64,000 nt of DNA from an uncultured Actinomycetes bacterium (GTDB taxonomy: Bacteria > Actinomycetota > Thermoleophilia > Gaiellales > Gaiellaceae). The stretch is taken from contig CAVZIX010000018.1 of assembly GCA_963775395.1 (NCBI GenBank), positions 2,935-66,934 on the forward strand. Direction: 5' to 3'. Below the pieces are notes generated by a model. The model searched no databases, was not told the origin of the DNA, and worked only from the letters and a program-made list of their open reading frames with translations. Both the position numbers and the translations under genes were made by a program. Positions 51,384 to 59,904 of this stretch are shown here, piece by piece. Position 1 is the first letter of the stretch. Each line of letters begins with the position of its first letter.

Positions 51384-52652
51384 TCAGCTTCCGTCCGAGC
51401 GCCAGCGGTGCTCCGCTGCGGGCACGCTCTCCATCCCGGGCCGTCTGTCCGACGGGTGCGACTCGTACCAACGCACGTAGCGCGCGGTCAGCGGGAGTGC
51501 CGAAAGGCCGTGCGCGTAGACCGACAGGCCGACGGTCGCGACGACCGCGAGCAGCAGCGTGTCCTGGTGCGGCAGATTCGCCTCCTCGAGGAGGATGACG
51601 CCGAACACGATCGAGGCGAGCCCGCGGGGGCCGAACCACCCGAGGAACGCGATCGTGGGGGGTCTCGCCCGCGTTCCCAGCGTCGCGAGGGCGACGGGAA
51701 CCATGCGGACCACGGTCAGGCTGAGGAGGGCGTAGAGCACGAGCTCCCAACCGAGATCGTCCAGCGCCGGCCCGAGGATCACGGCGCCGAACACCAGGAA
51801 GGTGACCGCACCCAGAAGCTCGCCGCCCTGGTCGACGAGATAGCCGACCTCGCCTTCCGCTCCGCGTCGGGCCCCGCCGAAGACGAAGCCTCCCACGAAG
51901 GCCGCGATGAAGATGCTGCCGCCGAGCCCGAGCGCGATCCCCGCCGCGAGGAGCGCGGTCGCCACGGTGAGGATCTGAACCCAGCGCGGCTCGCCGAGGC
52001 CGCGTTGCTGCGCCACCCGCACGGCAACCACTCCGAGCACGCCCGCCACGATGCCCCCAACGATCCCGTATCCGATCTCCTCGGCGACGAGCTCGAAGGC
52101 GCCGCGCGCGCTCAGCGCGCCCTCCTCGGCCTCGGCGATCGCGAGCGCGATGAAGAAGAGCGGAACGCAGAGCCCGTCGTTGAGCCCGCTCTCGACGTTC
52201 AGGCCCTGTCGGATCCGCGAGGGGATGCGCCCGTCCGTCACGACCGCCTGTCCGAGTGCGGCGTCGGTGCAGGCCAGGATGACAGCGAGCACGAGCGCCT
52301 CGACCAGGCTCACGCCCGGGAGTACGACTGCGCCCGCCAGCGTTCCCGCCACGATGGTGAGTGGCAGGCCGATGCCGAGGAGGCGCGCCGGAACGCTGAA
52401 CTCGCGGCGGAGGGCCTGAAGGTCGATCCGGGAGGCGTCGGCGAAGAGGACGAGCGTCAGCGTGGCCTCGGCGAGAAGCTTGACCGGCTCGCTGCCGAGA
52501 TCGAGGTCGAGGAGCCCGAGAACGGGGCCTGCGAGGAGGCCCGCCGACGTGAAGAAGATCGCGACGGTGACGAAGGACCGTTCGAGCCGCCGCGAGAGCG
52601 CCGCAAAGGCGAGCAGCAGGATGGCGACGGTTGCGAGGGCCCAGGTGTCCAC
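51384..52652 (-). CDS. Cation:proton antiporter (CPA1, Na+/H+ exchanger family)
   Basis: 422 aa with a GTG start. ...AVILACTDAALGQAVV...LNVESGLNDGLCVPLF...GWFGPRGLASIVF... Confidence 0.88.
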   Translation of the reverse strand: MDTWALATVAILLLAFAALSRRLERSFVTVAIFFTSAGLLAGPVLGLLDLDLGSEPVKLLAEATLTLVLFADASRIDLQALRREFSVPARLLGIGLPLTIVAGTLAGAVVLPGVSLVEALVLAVILACTDAALGQAVVTDGRIPSRIRQGLNVESGLNDGLCVPLFFIALAIAEAEEGALSARGAFELVAEEIGYGIVGGIVAGVLGVVAVRVAQQRGLGEPRWVQILTVATALLAAGIALGLGGSIFIAAFVGGFVFGGARRGAEGEVGYLVDQGGELLGAVTFLVFGAVILGPALDDLGWELVLYALLSLTVVRMVPVALATLGTRARPPTIAFLGWFGPRGLASIVFGVILLEEANLPHQDTLLLAVVATVGLSVYAHGLSALPLTARYVRWYESHPSDRRPGMESVPAAEHRWRSDGS

Positions 52653-52673
52653 GCCGAAGAGCGCCGGTCCGGC

Positions 52674-55037
52674 TTACTGACGCGCCATCGCGATCCGGTA
52701 GCGCTCCTCGGGCGAGATCAGGTGGTCGGCGTCCTCGGCGTCGTCTCCGAGGTCGATCTGCACCCAGCGGACGCGGCCCGTGAACTGCGTCTTGCCCTCG
52801 TGCAGGTCGTCGGTGACCGGGGTGGCGGTGTCCGAGCCGATGTCGGTCGTCTCGTCGGCGGAGAAGGCCATGGGCACGGTCGCCTCGACCCGGCCCTCGC
52901 CGACCTTGTCGCCGTCGAGGTACAGGGTGGCCGTCCCGCCCTTGCCGACGCCTCCGCCGTCGTAGGCGAACTCGACGCGGACCTGATGCTCCCCGGCGGG
53001 GATCGGTGCCTCGCCACGCACCTTGAACTGCTGCAGCCCGAAGAGGTTGTAGCAGTACGCCGGCTTGCCCTCGTGCGCGTACAGCGTCCAGCCGCCGAAG
53101 GCGCCTCCCTGAGCGACGATCGTGCCCTCGGCCCCCTCGTCCGGCACGAGAATCTCGGCCGTCACGGCGTGAGACTTGTTCTTCACGACGACGATCGAGT
53201 TCTCGGAGAGGCGGCCCATGGAGCCATAGAGCAGCTGGGTAGTGCCCGTGACCAGCTGCGGCCGCCCGGCGAGGTCGGGGTTGAACCGCTCGAAGCGCCG
53301 GTCGTCGAGGGGGAGGACGTTGTACTTCCCAGCCTCGATCACGAATAGGCGCTGCAGCTCTGCGAGCTTGTCGGGCTGCTCCTGTGCCAGGTCGTGCGCC
53401 TGCGTCCAGTCGTCGGGGCCGTAGAGCTCCCAGACGTCGTCGTCGAAAGCCGGCATCTCGGTGGCTACCCACGGCGTGCTGTGGCGGGTGACCGCGGTCC
53501 AGCCCTGGTGGTAGATGCCGCGGTTGCAGAACATCTCGAAGTACTGCGTCTCGCGTCGCTCGGCCGCGCCGGCGTCGTTGAACGAGTAGACCATCGACGT
53601 GCCGTGGAGCGGCATCTGCTGGATGCCGTGGACGAACGACGGCTCCGGCAGGCCGGCTGCCTCGAGCACGGTCGCCGCCAGGTCGATGACGTGGTGGAAC
53701 TGGTTGCGGACCTCGCCCTTGGCCTTGATCCCTCCCGGCCAGTGGACGATCGTGCCGTTGCGCGTCCCGCCCCAGTGCGAGGCGACCTGCTTAGTCCACT
53801 GGTAGGGCGTGTCCATTGCATGCGCCCAGCCGACCGCGTAGTGGTTGTAGGCCTTGGGAGTGCCGAAGTCGTCGATGCGCGCGGTCATGAACTCCACCGT
53901 CTCGAGCCCGAACGCGCCGTTCAAGACGACCATCTCGTTGAAGCAGCCGTTCGGCGTGCCCTCCGCCGAGGCGCCGTTGTCGCCCACGATCACGTAGATC
54001 AGCGTGTCGTCGAGGATCTCGAGGTCCTCCAGCGCGTCGATCACGCGCCCGACGTGATGGTCGGTGTGCTCGAGGAAGCCCGCGTACACCTCCATCTGCC
54101 TTGCGAAGATGGGCTTCATGTCGTCGGGCGTCTCGTCCCATGCGGGGATCTCCGCCGGTCGTGCCGTCAGCTCCGCGTCGTCGGGGATGACGCCGAGCTC
54201 CTTCTGGCGGGCGTACGTCTCTTCTCGCAGGGCGTCCCAGCCCTGGTCGAACTTGCCCTTGTATTTGGCCGACCACTCGGGCGGGACGTGGTGCGGAGCG
54301 TGCGTGGCGCCTGGCGCGTAGTAGATGAAGAACGGCTTGTCGGGCATGAGCGCCTTCTGCTGGCGGATCCAGTCGATCGTGTGGTCGGTCATGTCCTCCG
54401 TGAAGTGGTAGCCCTCCTCCGCAGTGCGGTCGGGCTCAATGGGGACCATGTCCTGGTAGATGGCCGGCGCGTACTGGTTCGTCTCCCCGCCGATGAAGCC
54501 GTAGAAGTGCTCGAAACCGCCGCCGCCCGATGGCCACGCGTCGAACGGGCCCATCGGGCTCGTCTCCCAGACCGGCACCTCGTGGCACTTGCCGAACTGC
54601 GCTGTCGAATAGCCGTTCAGCTTCAGGGTCTCGGCGAGCGGCGCGGCCGACTTGGGCCGGACCGAGTTGTAGCCCGGCGCAGAGGTCGCGATCTCGGTGA
54701 TGCCGCCCATGCCGACGGCATGGTGGTTACGGCCGGTCAGGAGGGCCTGGCGCGTCGGCGAGCAGAGGGCGGTCGTGTGAAAGCGCGAGTACTTGAGCCC
54801 CTTCTTCGCCAGGCGCTCGAAGTTCGGCGTGTCGCACGGGCCGCCGAAGGCGCTCGAGGCGCCGAACCCGACGTCGTCGATCAGGACGACGAGCACGTTG
54901 GGCGCGCCGTCTGGCGGCCGGAGCTGCTGGATCGGCGGGAATGATGTCGCGGGATCCTTGGCGTCGTACGTGGTCACGCCGACGTGCTGGCGATCCGGAA
55001 TGGGCAGGACTTGGCGTCCGCTGGGGTCGGTCTCCAT
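52674..55037 (-). CDS. Arylsulfatase (Cys-type sulfatase family)
   Basis: GAGGAG RBS. NVLVVLIDDVGFGASSAFGGPCDTPNFERLA...FHTTALCSPTRQALLTGRNHH carries the C-x-P-x-R formylglycine motif. The ORF is 787 aa. Confidence 0.92.
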   Translation of the reverse strand: METDPSGRQVLPIPDRQHVGVTTYDAKDPATSFPPIQQLRPPDGAPNVLVVLIDDVGFGASSAFGGPCDTPNFERLAKKGLKYSRFHTTALCSPTRQALLTGRNHHAVGMGGITEIATSAPGYNSVRPKSAAPLAETLKLNGYSTAQFGKCHEVPVWETSPMGPFDAWPSGGGGFEHFYGFIGGETNQYAPAIYQDMVPIEPDRTAEEGYHFTEDMTDHTIDWIRQQKALMPDKPFFIYYAPGATHAPHHVPPEWSAKYKGKFDQGWDALREETYARQKELGVIPDDAELTARPAEIPAWDETPDDMKPIFARQMEVYAGFLEHTDHHVGRVIDALEDLEILDDTLIYVIVGDNGASAEGTPNGCFNEMVVLNGAFGLETVEFMTARIDDFGTPKAYNHYAVGWAHAMDTPYQWTKQVASHWGGTRNGTIVHWPGGIKAKGEVRNQFHHVIDLAATVLEAAGLPEPSFVHGIQQMPLHGTSMVYSFNDAGAAERRETQYFEMFCNRGIYHQGWTAVTRHSTPWVATEMPAFDDDVWELYGPDDWTQAHDLAQEQPDKLAELQRLFVIEAGKYNVLPLDDRRFERFNPDLAGRPQLVTGTTQLLYGSMGRLSENSIVVVKNKSHAVTAEILVPDEGAEGTIVAQGGAFGGWTLYAHEGKPAYCYNLFGLQQFKVRGEAPIPAGEHQVRVEFAYDGGGVGKGGTATLYLDGDKVGEGRVEATVPMAFSADETTDIGSDTATPVTDDLHEGKTQFTGRVRWVQIDLGDDAEDADHLISPEERYRIAMARQ

Positions 55038-55081
55038 TTGCTAGGCGCTCCTCGGTCTAGAGTTCGGGTGCAGTCGATGCT

Positions 55082-55101
55082 GTCGCACCCGCGGGTGCGA
55101 C
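55082..55101. promoter_or_regulatory. 20-bp perfect palindrome in a divergent intergenic region
   Basis: GTCGCACCCG|CGGGTGCGAC lies between the arylsulfatase start (55037, -) and the DUF6458-like gene (55135, +). It ends 18 nt upstream of a GATAAT hexamer (55120-55125). Confidence 0.4.
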
Positions 55102-55134
55102 GTCAATCGGCAGCAAGGTGATAATGACGTCCTG

Positions 55135-55341
55135 ATGACGCGCGGGAGCTTCGGTGGATCGCTCTTCCTCATCGCGCTCGGGGCGATTCTTCGCTATGCC
55201 GTGACAGCCGAGCTCGCCGGCATCGACCTCGCGACCGTCGGGCTGATCCTCATGATCGCCGGCGGCGTGATGTTCGTCCTCGCGCTCGTCCTCACCTTTT
55301 CGGCGCGCGGGCCGAGGGACGCTCCTCCGCCTCCGTACTAG
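55135..55341 (+). CDS. DUF6458-like small membrane protein
   Basis: MTRGSFGGSLFLIALGAILRYAVTAELAGIDLATVGLILMIAGGVMFVLALVL has two TM segments. It has no SD; GATAAT ends 9 nt before the ATG. Confidence 0.65.
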   Translation: MTRGSFGGSLFLIALGAILRYAVTAELAGIDLATVGLILMIAGGVMFVLALVLTFSARGPRDAPPPPY

Positions 55342-55377
55342 AAGACGGCCCGGCGCCACATCGGGCAGAGTGCAGGC

Positions 55378-55926
55378 ATGGTCGAGGAGGCACGCCTGGA
55401 GCAGCAGGAGGCCGGGCTCACTGCCGTGACCGACGGCTGGTTCGTCGTCAACGTCCGTGACGCGCCTTGGGTGACGAGCGAGGGCTTCTCCGACGCCTGC
55501 ATCTTCGAGGGCGACGAGGCACCCTTTCCGCAGGTCGGGTTCACGCTAGGCGTGCTCCGGCCCGGAGAGCCCAGCGGGCTCTACCACCGTGAGGCGAATC
55601 AGGAGAACTTCCTCGTCCTGTCGGGCGAGTGCCTCCTGCTCGTCGAGGGCCAGGAGCGGCATCTGAAGGCATGGGACTTCGTCCACTGCCCGCCCGACAC
55701 GGAGCACATCCTCGTGGGGGCGGGCGACGGCCCGTGCCTGGTCTTCATGACGGGCGCGCGCGAGGGCTGGCCCGAGAAGGGCATCGTCTACCCGCGCTCA
55801 GAGGTCGCTCTCCGCCACGGTGCGGGCGTCGAAGAGGAGACGACGGTGCCCGCCGAGGCGTACGCCTCGCGTCCGAAGTGGGAGCTCGGCCCCCCGAAGG
55901 ACTGGAGCGGTCTGCCCTGGTCCTAG
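55378..55926 (+). CDS. Cupin domain protein
   Basis: ...GLYHREANQENFLVLSGECLLLVEGQERHLKAWDFVHCPPDTEHILVGAG... contains cupin motifs 1 and 2. Confidence 0.8.
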   Translation: MVEEARLEQQEAGLTAVTDGWFVVNVRDAPWVTSEGFSDACIFEGDEAPFPQVGFTLGVLRPGEPSGLYHREANQENFLVLSGECLLLVEGQERHLKAWDFVHCPPDTEHILVGAGDGPCLVFMTGAREGWPEKGIVYPRSEVALRHGAGVEEETTVPAEAYASRPKWELGPPKDWSGLPWS

Positions 55927-56122
55927 CGACCTCTCTTCTCTGACCGATCCGAACGTTTGAGCTCGGAACCCTGCCAGCGAGCCGTCGCCCGATGCCGCTC
56001 AGGCTGTCCGACGTCCAGCTCGCGCGCCGGACTTGCGGTCCGAGTTGGGGAGTCATCGCGGAGACACGCTCGACGCCGACGGCCGCGATCCGTCTCGTCC
56101 AGATCGAAGTGAGCTCGGATGA

Positions 56123-57521
56123 CTAGCGTGTCGCTTCCTCGGCCGCGGGCGGGATGTTCTGGTTGAGGCGGAAGAGGTTGGCGGGGTCGTACCGGCGCTT
56201 GATCGCCGCGAGCCGGTCCCACGTCTCCCCGGGATACGACGCCCTGACGGCGGCCTCGCCTTCGTCTCCGACGAAGTTGACGTAGGCCCCCGCATCGCTC
56301 TGGCGTAGAGCAGCCGCGAAGCTCCGTCACCCAGTCCTCGTGGACGGCGGCCTCGTCGAGGGTCTCGTAGATCGCGGCCACGTTGACCATGATCTTGCTC
56401 TGCCTGTGGGCGAATGCGGTCGCGTCGGCCGGGACCCGGGCCATCGCGCCGCCCAGGGTGCGGAGCTGGGCGGCCGCCATCATCGCCGTCGAAGCTCGGA
56501 GGTGCTCGAGGATCAGCTCGGCCTCGCCGTTCCCGATCGTGTCGACGAACATCGTGCGGGCCGCGGCGAGCGGCCGGTAGTCCGGGTCGTCGGGCGGATA
56601 GATCTCGGGATAGGCCATCGGCCGCACCATGTCGGCGAGCGGGGTCGCAAGCGCGCGGAAGGGCTCGATGGCCTGCTCGCCGTCCTCCGTCGGGCCGGCG
56701 TGGACGAGCATGGCCAGGATGACGATCTCCCCGTGGTGCTCCTGCGGGATGAAGGGCATCGGCGGGGCGGTCATGACGTTGGCGATCGTCGACAGCTCCT
56801 CGGGCGCGGCCTCGGCTGCAGCCATGAACCCGGCGACCGTCTCGACCGTGGCCGGCAGAACGAGCATGCCTCCCGTGACCGCGTCCAGCGGGTGCAGGCG
56901 GAACTTGAAGCGCGTGACGACGCCGAAGTTGCCCCCGCCGCCGCGGATCGCCCAGAAGAGCTCCGCGTGGCGCTGGTCGTCGACCTGCAGGAGCCGGCCG
57001 TCGGCGAGCACGATCTCCGCGGCGAGCAGGTCGTCGATCGTCAGGCCGTGTTTCCGGACGAGGTAGCCGACGCCGCCGCCGGTCGTCAGCCCGCCGATCC
57101 CGACGGACCCGGTGTCGCCGAAGCCGACCACCAGCCCGTGTGCGGAGGTCGCGTTCGTGACCTCGCCTGCGGTCAGGCCCGCCTCGGCCCAGGCGACCCG
57201 CTTGCCCGGGTCGATCTCCAGTCCTTTCATCAGCGAGAGGTCGAGCACGATCCCCCCGTCGCTGACGCTGTGGCCGGCGCCGCTGTGGCCGCCGCTCCGA
57301 ACCGCGAGCTCGAGCCCGCTCTCGCGCGCCAGCGAGACGACGTAGCCGACCTCCCGTGCGTCGCTGGGCCTGATGATGACCGTCGGCCGCCGGTCGTCGT
57401 AGAGCGGCATGAACGTCTTGCGGGCATCGTCGTAGCCGGGGTCGTCGGGTCCGATCACCTCGCCCGCGAGCTCGGTGCGGAGTCGGTCGATCGAAATGCT
57501 GGTCTGGGCGTTCGTCGTCAC
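56123..57521 (-). pseudogene. FAD-linked oxidase (FAD_binding_4 plus BBE C-terminal domain), frameshifted near its 3' end
   Basis: The N-terminal 400 aa are in the frame of ORF 55923..57521 (...RPSDAREVGYVVSLARESGLELAVRSGGHS...FWAIRGGGGNFGVVT...). The canonical BBE tail FAAALRQSDAGAYVNFVGDEGEAAVRASYPGETWDRLAAIKRRYDPANLFRLNQNIPPAAEEATR* is in another frame and ends at TAG 56123-56125. The switch is confined to 56318-56327. Confidence 0.7.
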
Positions 57522-57641
57522 GAGATCCTCCCTGGGGTCTTGGTTCTCGTTGGGTTAGACCTCTTGGTACCGGAATCTCATCGGTGCGTGTCGAGGTCCT
57601 CCTCGACGACATGTCCGAAACGGCCGGTACGGTCCCCGGCC

Positions 57642-58328
57642 GTGCGTCTCGTCGTTGCCCGCTGCGAAGTCGTCTACACCGGTCGGCTGAACGCGTTTCT
57701 GCCCGAGTCGACCCGCCTGCTGATCCTCAAGTCCGACGGCTCCGTGCTCGTCCATGCGGACGCGGGCGGGTACAAGCCGCTCAACTGGATGACGCCTCCG
57801 ACGACGATCGAAGCTGAGGGGGACCCGCTCGAGTCGATTGTCGTTCGCAAGCGCGCCGGAAAGACCGAGGACCGGCTGGAGATCCGCATCCACGAGCTCC
57901 TTAGCGACGTCTCACACGAGATGGGCGAGGCGGCAGCGCTCGAAAAGGACGGCGTCGAGCACCACCTCCAGGCCGAGCTCGCGGCGGCGCCGGAGACGCT
58001 CGGCGAAGGGCTGCGCCTGGTTCGGCGCGAGTGGCCGACGGACATCGGGCCGGTCGATCTCATGTGCCGCGATGCAGACGACGCGTGGCTCGCCGTCGAG
58101 ATCAAGCGGGTCGCCACGATCGATGCGGTGGAGCAGCTGACGCGCTATCTCGAGCGCATCCGACTCGACCCGTCGATGTCGGAGTGCGCCGGCGTCCTCG
58201 CGGCCCAGCAGTTCAAGCCGCAGGCCGTCACCCTCGCCGAGGCGCGCGGGATCCGGTGCGTCGAGGTCGACCTCGACGTGCTGCGAGGGGAGCGTGAGCC
58301 CGAGCTCACCCTCTTCGCGCCGGCCTGA
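57642..58328 (+). CDS. nucS: Endonuclease NucS (EndoMS, mismatch-specific)
   Basis: GTG at 57642. VRLVVARCEVVYTGRLNAFLPESTRLLILKSDGSVLVHADAGGYKPLNWMTPP...KDGVEHHLQAELAAAPETLGEGLRLVRREWPTDIGPVDLMCRD...VEIKR...AVEQLTRYLE...AAQQFKPQA..LAEARGIRCVEVD is collinear with mycobacterial NucS. Confidence 0.92.
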   Translation: MRLVVARCEVVYTGRLNAFLPESTRLLILKSDGSVLVHADAGGYKPLNWMTPPTTIEAEGDPLESIVVRKRAGKTEDRLEIRIHELLSDVSHEMGEAAALEKDGVEHHLQAELAAAPETLGEGLRLVRREWPTDIGPVDLMCRDADDAWLAVEIKRVATIDAVEQLTRYLERIRLDPSMSECAGVLAAQQFKPQAVTLAEARGIRCVEVDLDVLRGEREPELTLFAPA

Positions 58329-58358
58329 GCGTTATGACTCGGCAGGTTCAGTGACGTT

Positions 58359-59312
58359 CTACCCGGCGGATGATGACGCCGCGGCGAACAACTCGTGCTC
58401 CCGCTCCAGACCCTTGAGGCGGTATCGCCCGCGCGACTCGAACGCCAGCCCTGCTGCGCCCTCGGCTAAGTCGCGCGTGGTGCCGGACACGAGCACCTCG
58501 CCCGAGCCCGCCTCCGCCAGGATGCGATTGGCAACGTGGACCGCCAAACCCTGGACACCTTCGCCGGACAGCGCCACCTCGCCGCTGTGAACGCCGACGC
58601 GGATGGAGATCCGGATAGCCGCCAGGGCCTCGACGAGCTCCAGTCCGCTGCGGATCGCGCGCTCGGCGCCGTCGAACACGATGAGAAATGAATCCCCCGC
58701 GGTCTCGATCTCCCGGCCGCCGAAGCGGACGAGCACCGTGCGGACGACGTCTTCGTGCATCGCCGCGGTGCGCTTCCAGGCCGCGTCGCCCTTCGTTTGC
58801 GCGTGGACCGTGGAGTCGACGATGTCGGTAAACAGGATGGTGGCCATCACGCGTGCGTCGTTGCCCGCCTGCGGGTCGAACCCGGCGCCTCCAGCCCAGT
58901 CGACCATCACGAGCTCCTCCTCGCCCTCCACCCAGGTGACGTGGCCGGGTAGCAAGTCGAACACCTGGTTGGGCCCGATGACCACCTCGTCGCCCTCGTC
59001 GGTCCGGATGCCCATCCGTCCCCTCAGCACCACACCGCGGTGATACAGCTCGCACGAGGCAGTGCCGGCCACCGGCCGGCCGTGTTCCTCCCAGCTCCAG
59101 CCCGGCTGCAGGACGTGGCGGGTGACCACCGTTCCGGCCAGCCGCACCTGGTGGCTCTCACCCAACGGACTGGTCACCACCGCCTCGGGCTCGCCGAGGT
59201 CGCGGACCTCGACCGGGCTCACGGTGAACCCGCCAGCCGGCACTCCGTGCCCCCGCGCATCACAGTGAGACGGTAGCGCTTTGGGCCTTCGGGAGTCGAT
59301 GTTGACGGGCAC
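58359..59312 (-). CDS. Class III adenylate/guanylate cyclase with N-terminal cupin-like domain
   Basis: The C-terminal half contains MATILFTDIVDSTVHA...ETAGDSFLIVFDGAERAI...VGVHSGEV...GLAVHVANRILAEAGSGEVLVS. GTG start. Confidence 0.85.
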   Translation of the reverse strand: MPVNIDSRRPKALPSHCDARGHGVPAGGFTVSPVEVRDLGEPEAVVTSPLGESHQVRLAGTVVTRHVLQPGWSWEEHGRPVAGTASCELYHRGVVLRGRMGIRTDEGDEVVIGPNQVFDLLPGHVTWVEGEEELVMVDWAGGAGFDPQAGNDARVMATILFTDIVDSTVHAQTKGDAAWKRTAAMHEDVVRTVLVRFGGREIETAGDSFLIVFDGAERAIRSGLELVEALAAIRISIRVGVHSGEVALSGEGVQGLAVHVANRILAEAGSGEVLVSGTTRDLAEGAAGLAFESRGRYRLKGLEREHELFAAASSSAG

Positions 59313-59544
59313 GGAGCGGATCCTCCGACCCGCGGATTAGTAGTGGACGACGGTGGGGTCGCGTCTCTTGGCTAAGGGCTGGCGAAGCCGCATAGCTAGA
59401 GGAACTGCTTCGAGTCTTATGCCGGGGCCGCGACCTCTCTCATAGTCATCTCATCTGGTCGTCCTATCTTGCCGATAACCCAAGGGCCGGGACCCGTTCT
59501 CTCATGGGTGCCAAGCTCGCCGTCGAGCCCGGGAAGGAGGAGGT

Positions 59545-59883
59545 TTGGCGATCACGACCATGGTGGACACGGGGGTTCTGCCCGAGGTGCAGTCCCTGGC
59601 GGAGCCCGACCCGGTGCTCCTTCGCGCGGCGGAGATCGTGCGGGAGCGGGGTCTGTGCCAGGGACCCTGGAGAGCCGGCGGGCCGCTTTGCGCAGCAGGC
59701 GCGGTCGGTGAGGCCGGGAGCGACCTCGGGCTTCCCCGGGCGGAGATGGAGGCTCGCGTGCTTCGGTTCGCACACGCCCTGGGCGGCTCAGCCGTCAGCG
59801 ACGTGCACGGCTGGAACGACGCGTCCGGACGAACCGCCGGGGACGTGGCGGAGGCCCTGGAGCGAGCCGCCTACGAGTTCTGA
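59545..59883 (+). CDS. Hypothetical protein (DUF6197-like?)
   Basis: GGAAGGAGGAGG lies just upstream. The start is TTG 59545 or ATG 59560. ...AAEIVRERGLCQGPWRAGGPLCAAGAV...HGWNDASGRTAGDVAEALERAAYEF. The family call is tentative. Confidence 0.6.
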   Translation: MAITTMVDTGVLPEVQSLAEPDPVLLRAAEIVRERGLCQGPWRAGGPLCAAGAVGEAGSDLGLPRAEMEARVLRFAHALGGSAVSDVHGWNDASGRTAGDVAEALERAAYEF

Positions 59884-59904
59884 CCCTTGAGCCCTGCGTC
59901 AGAA

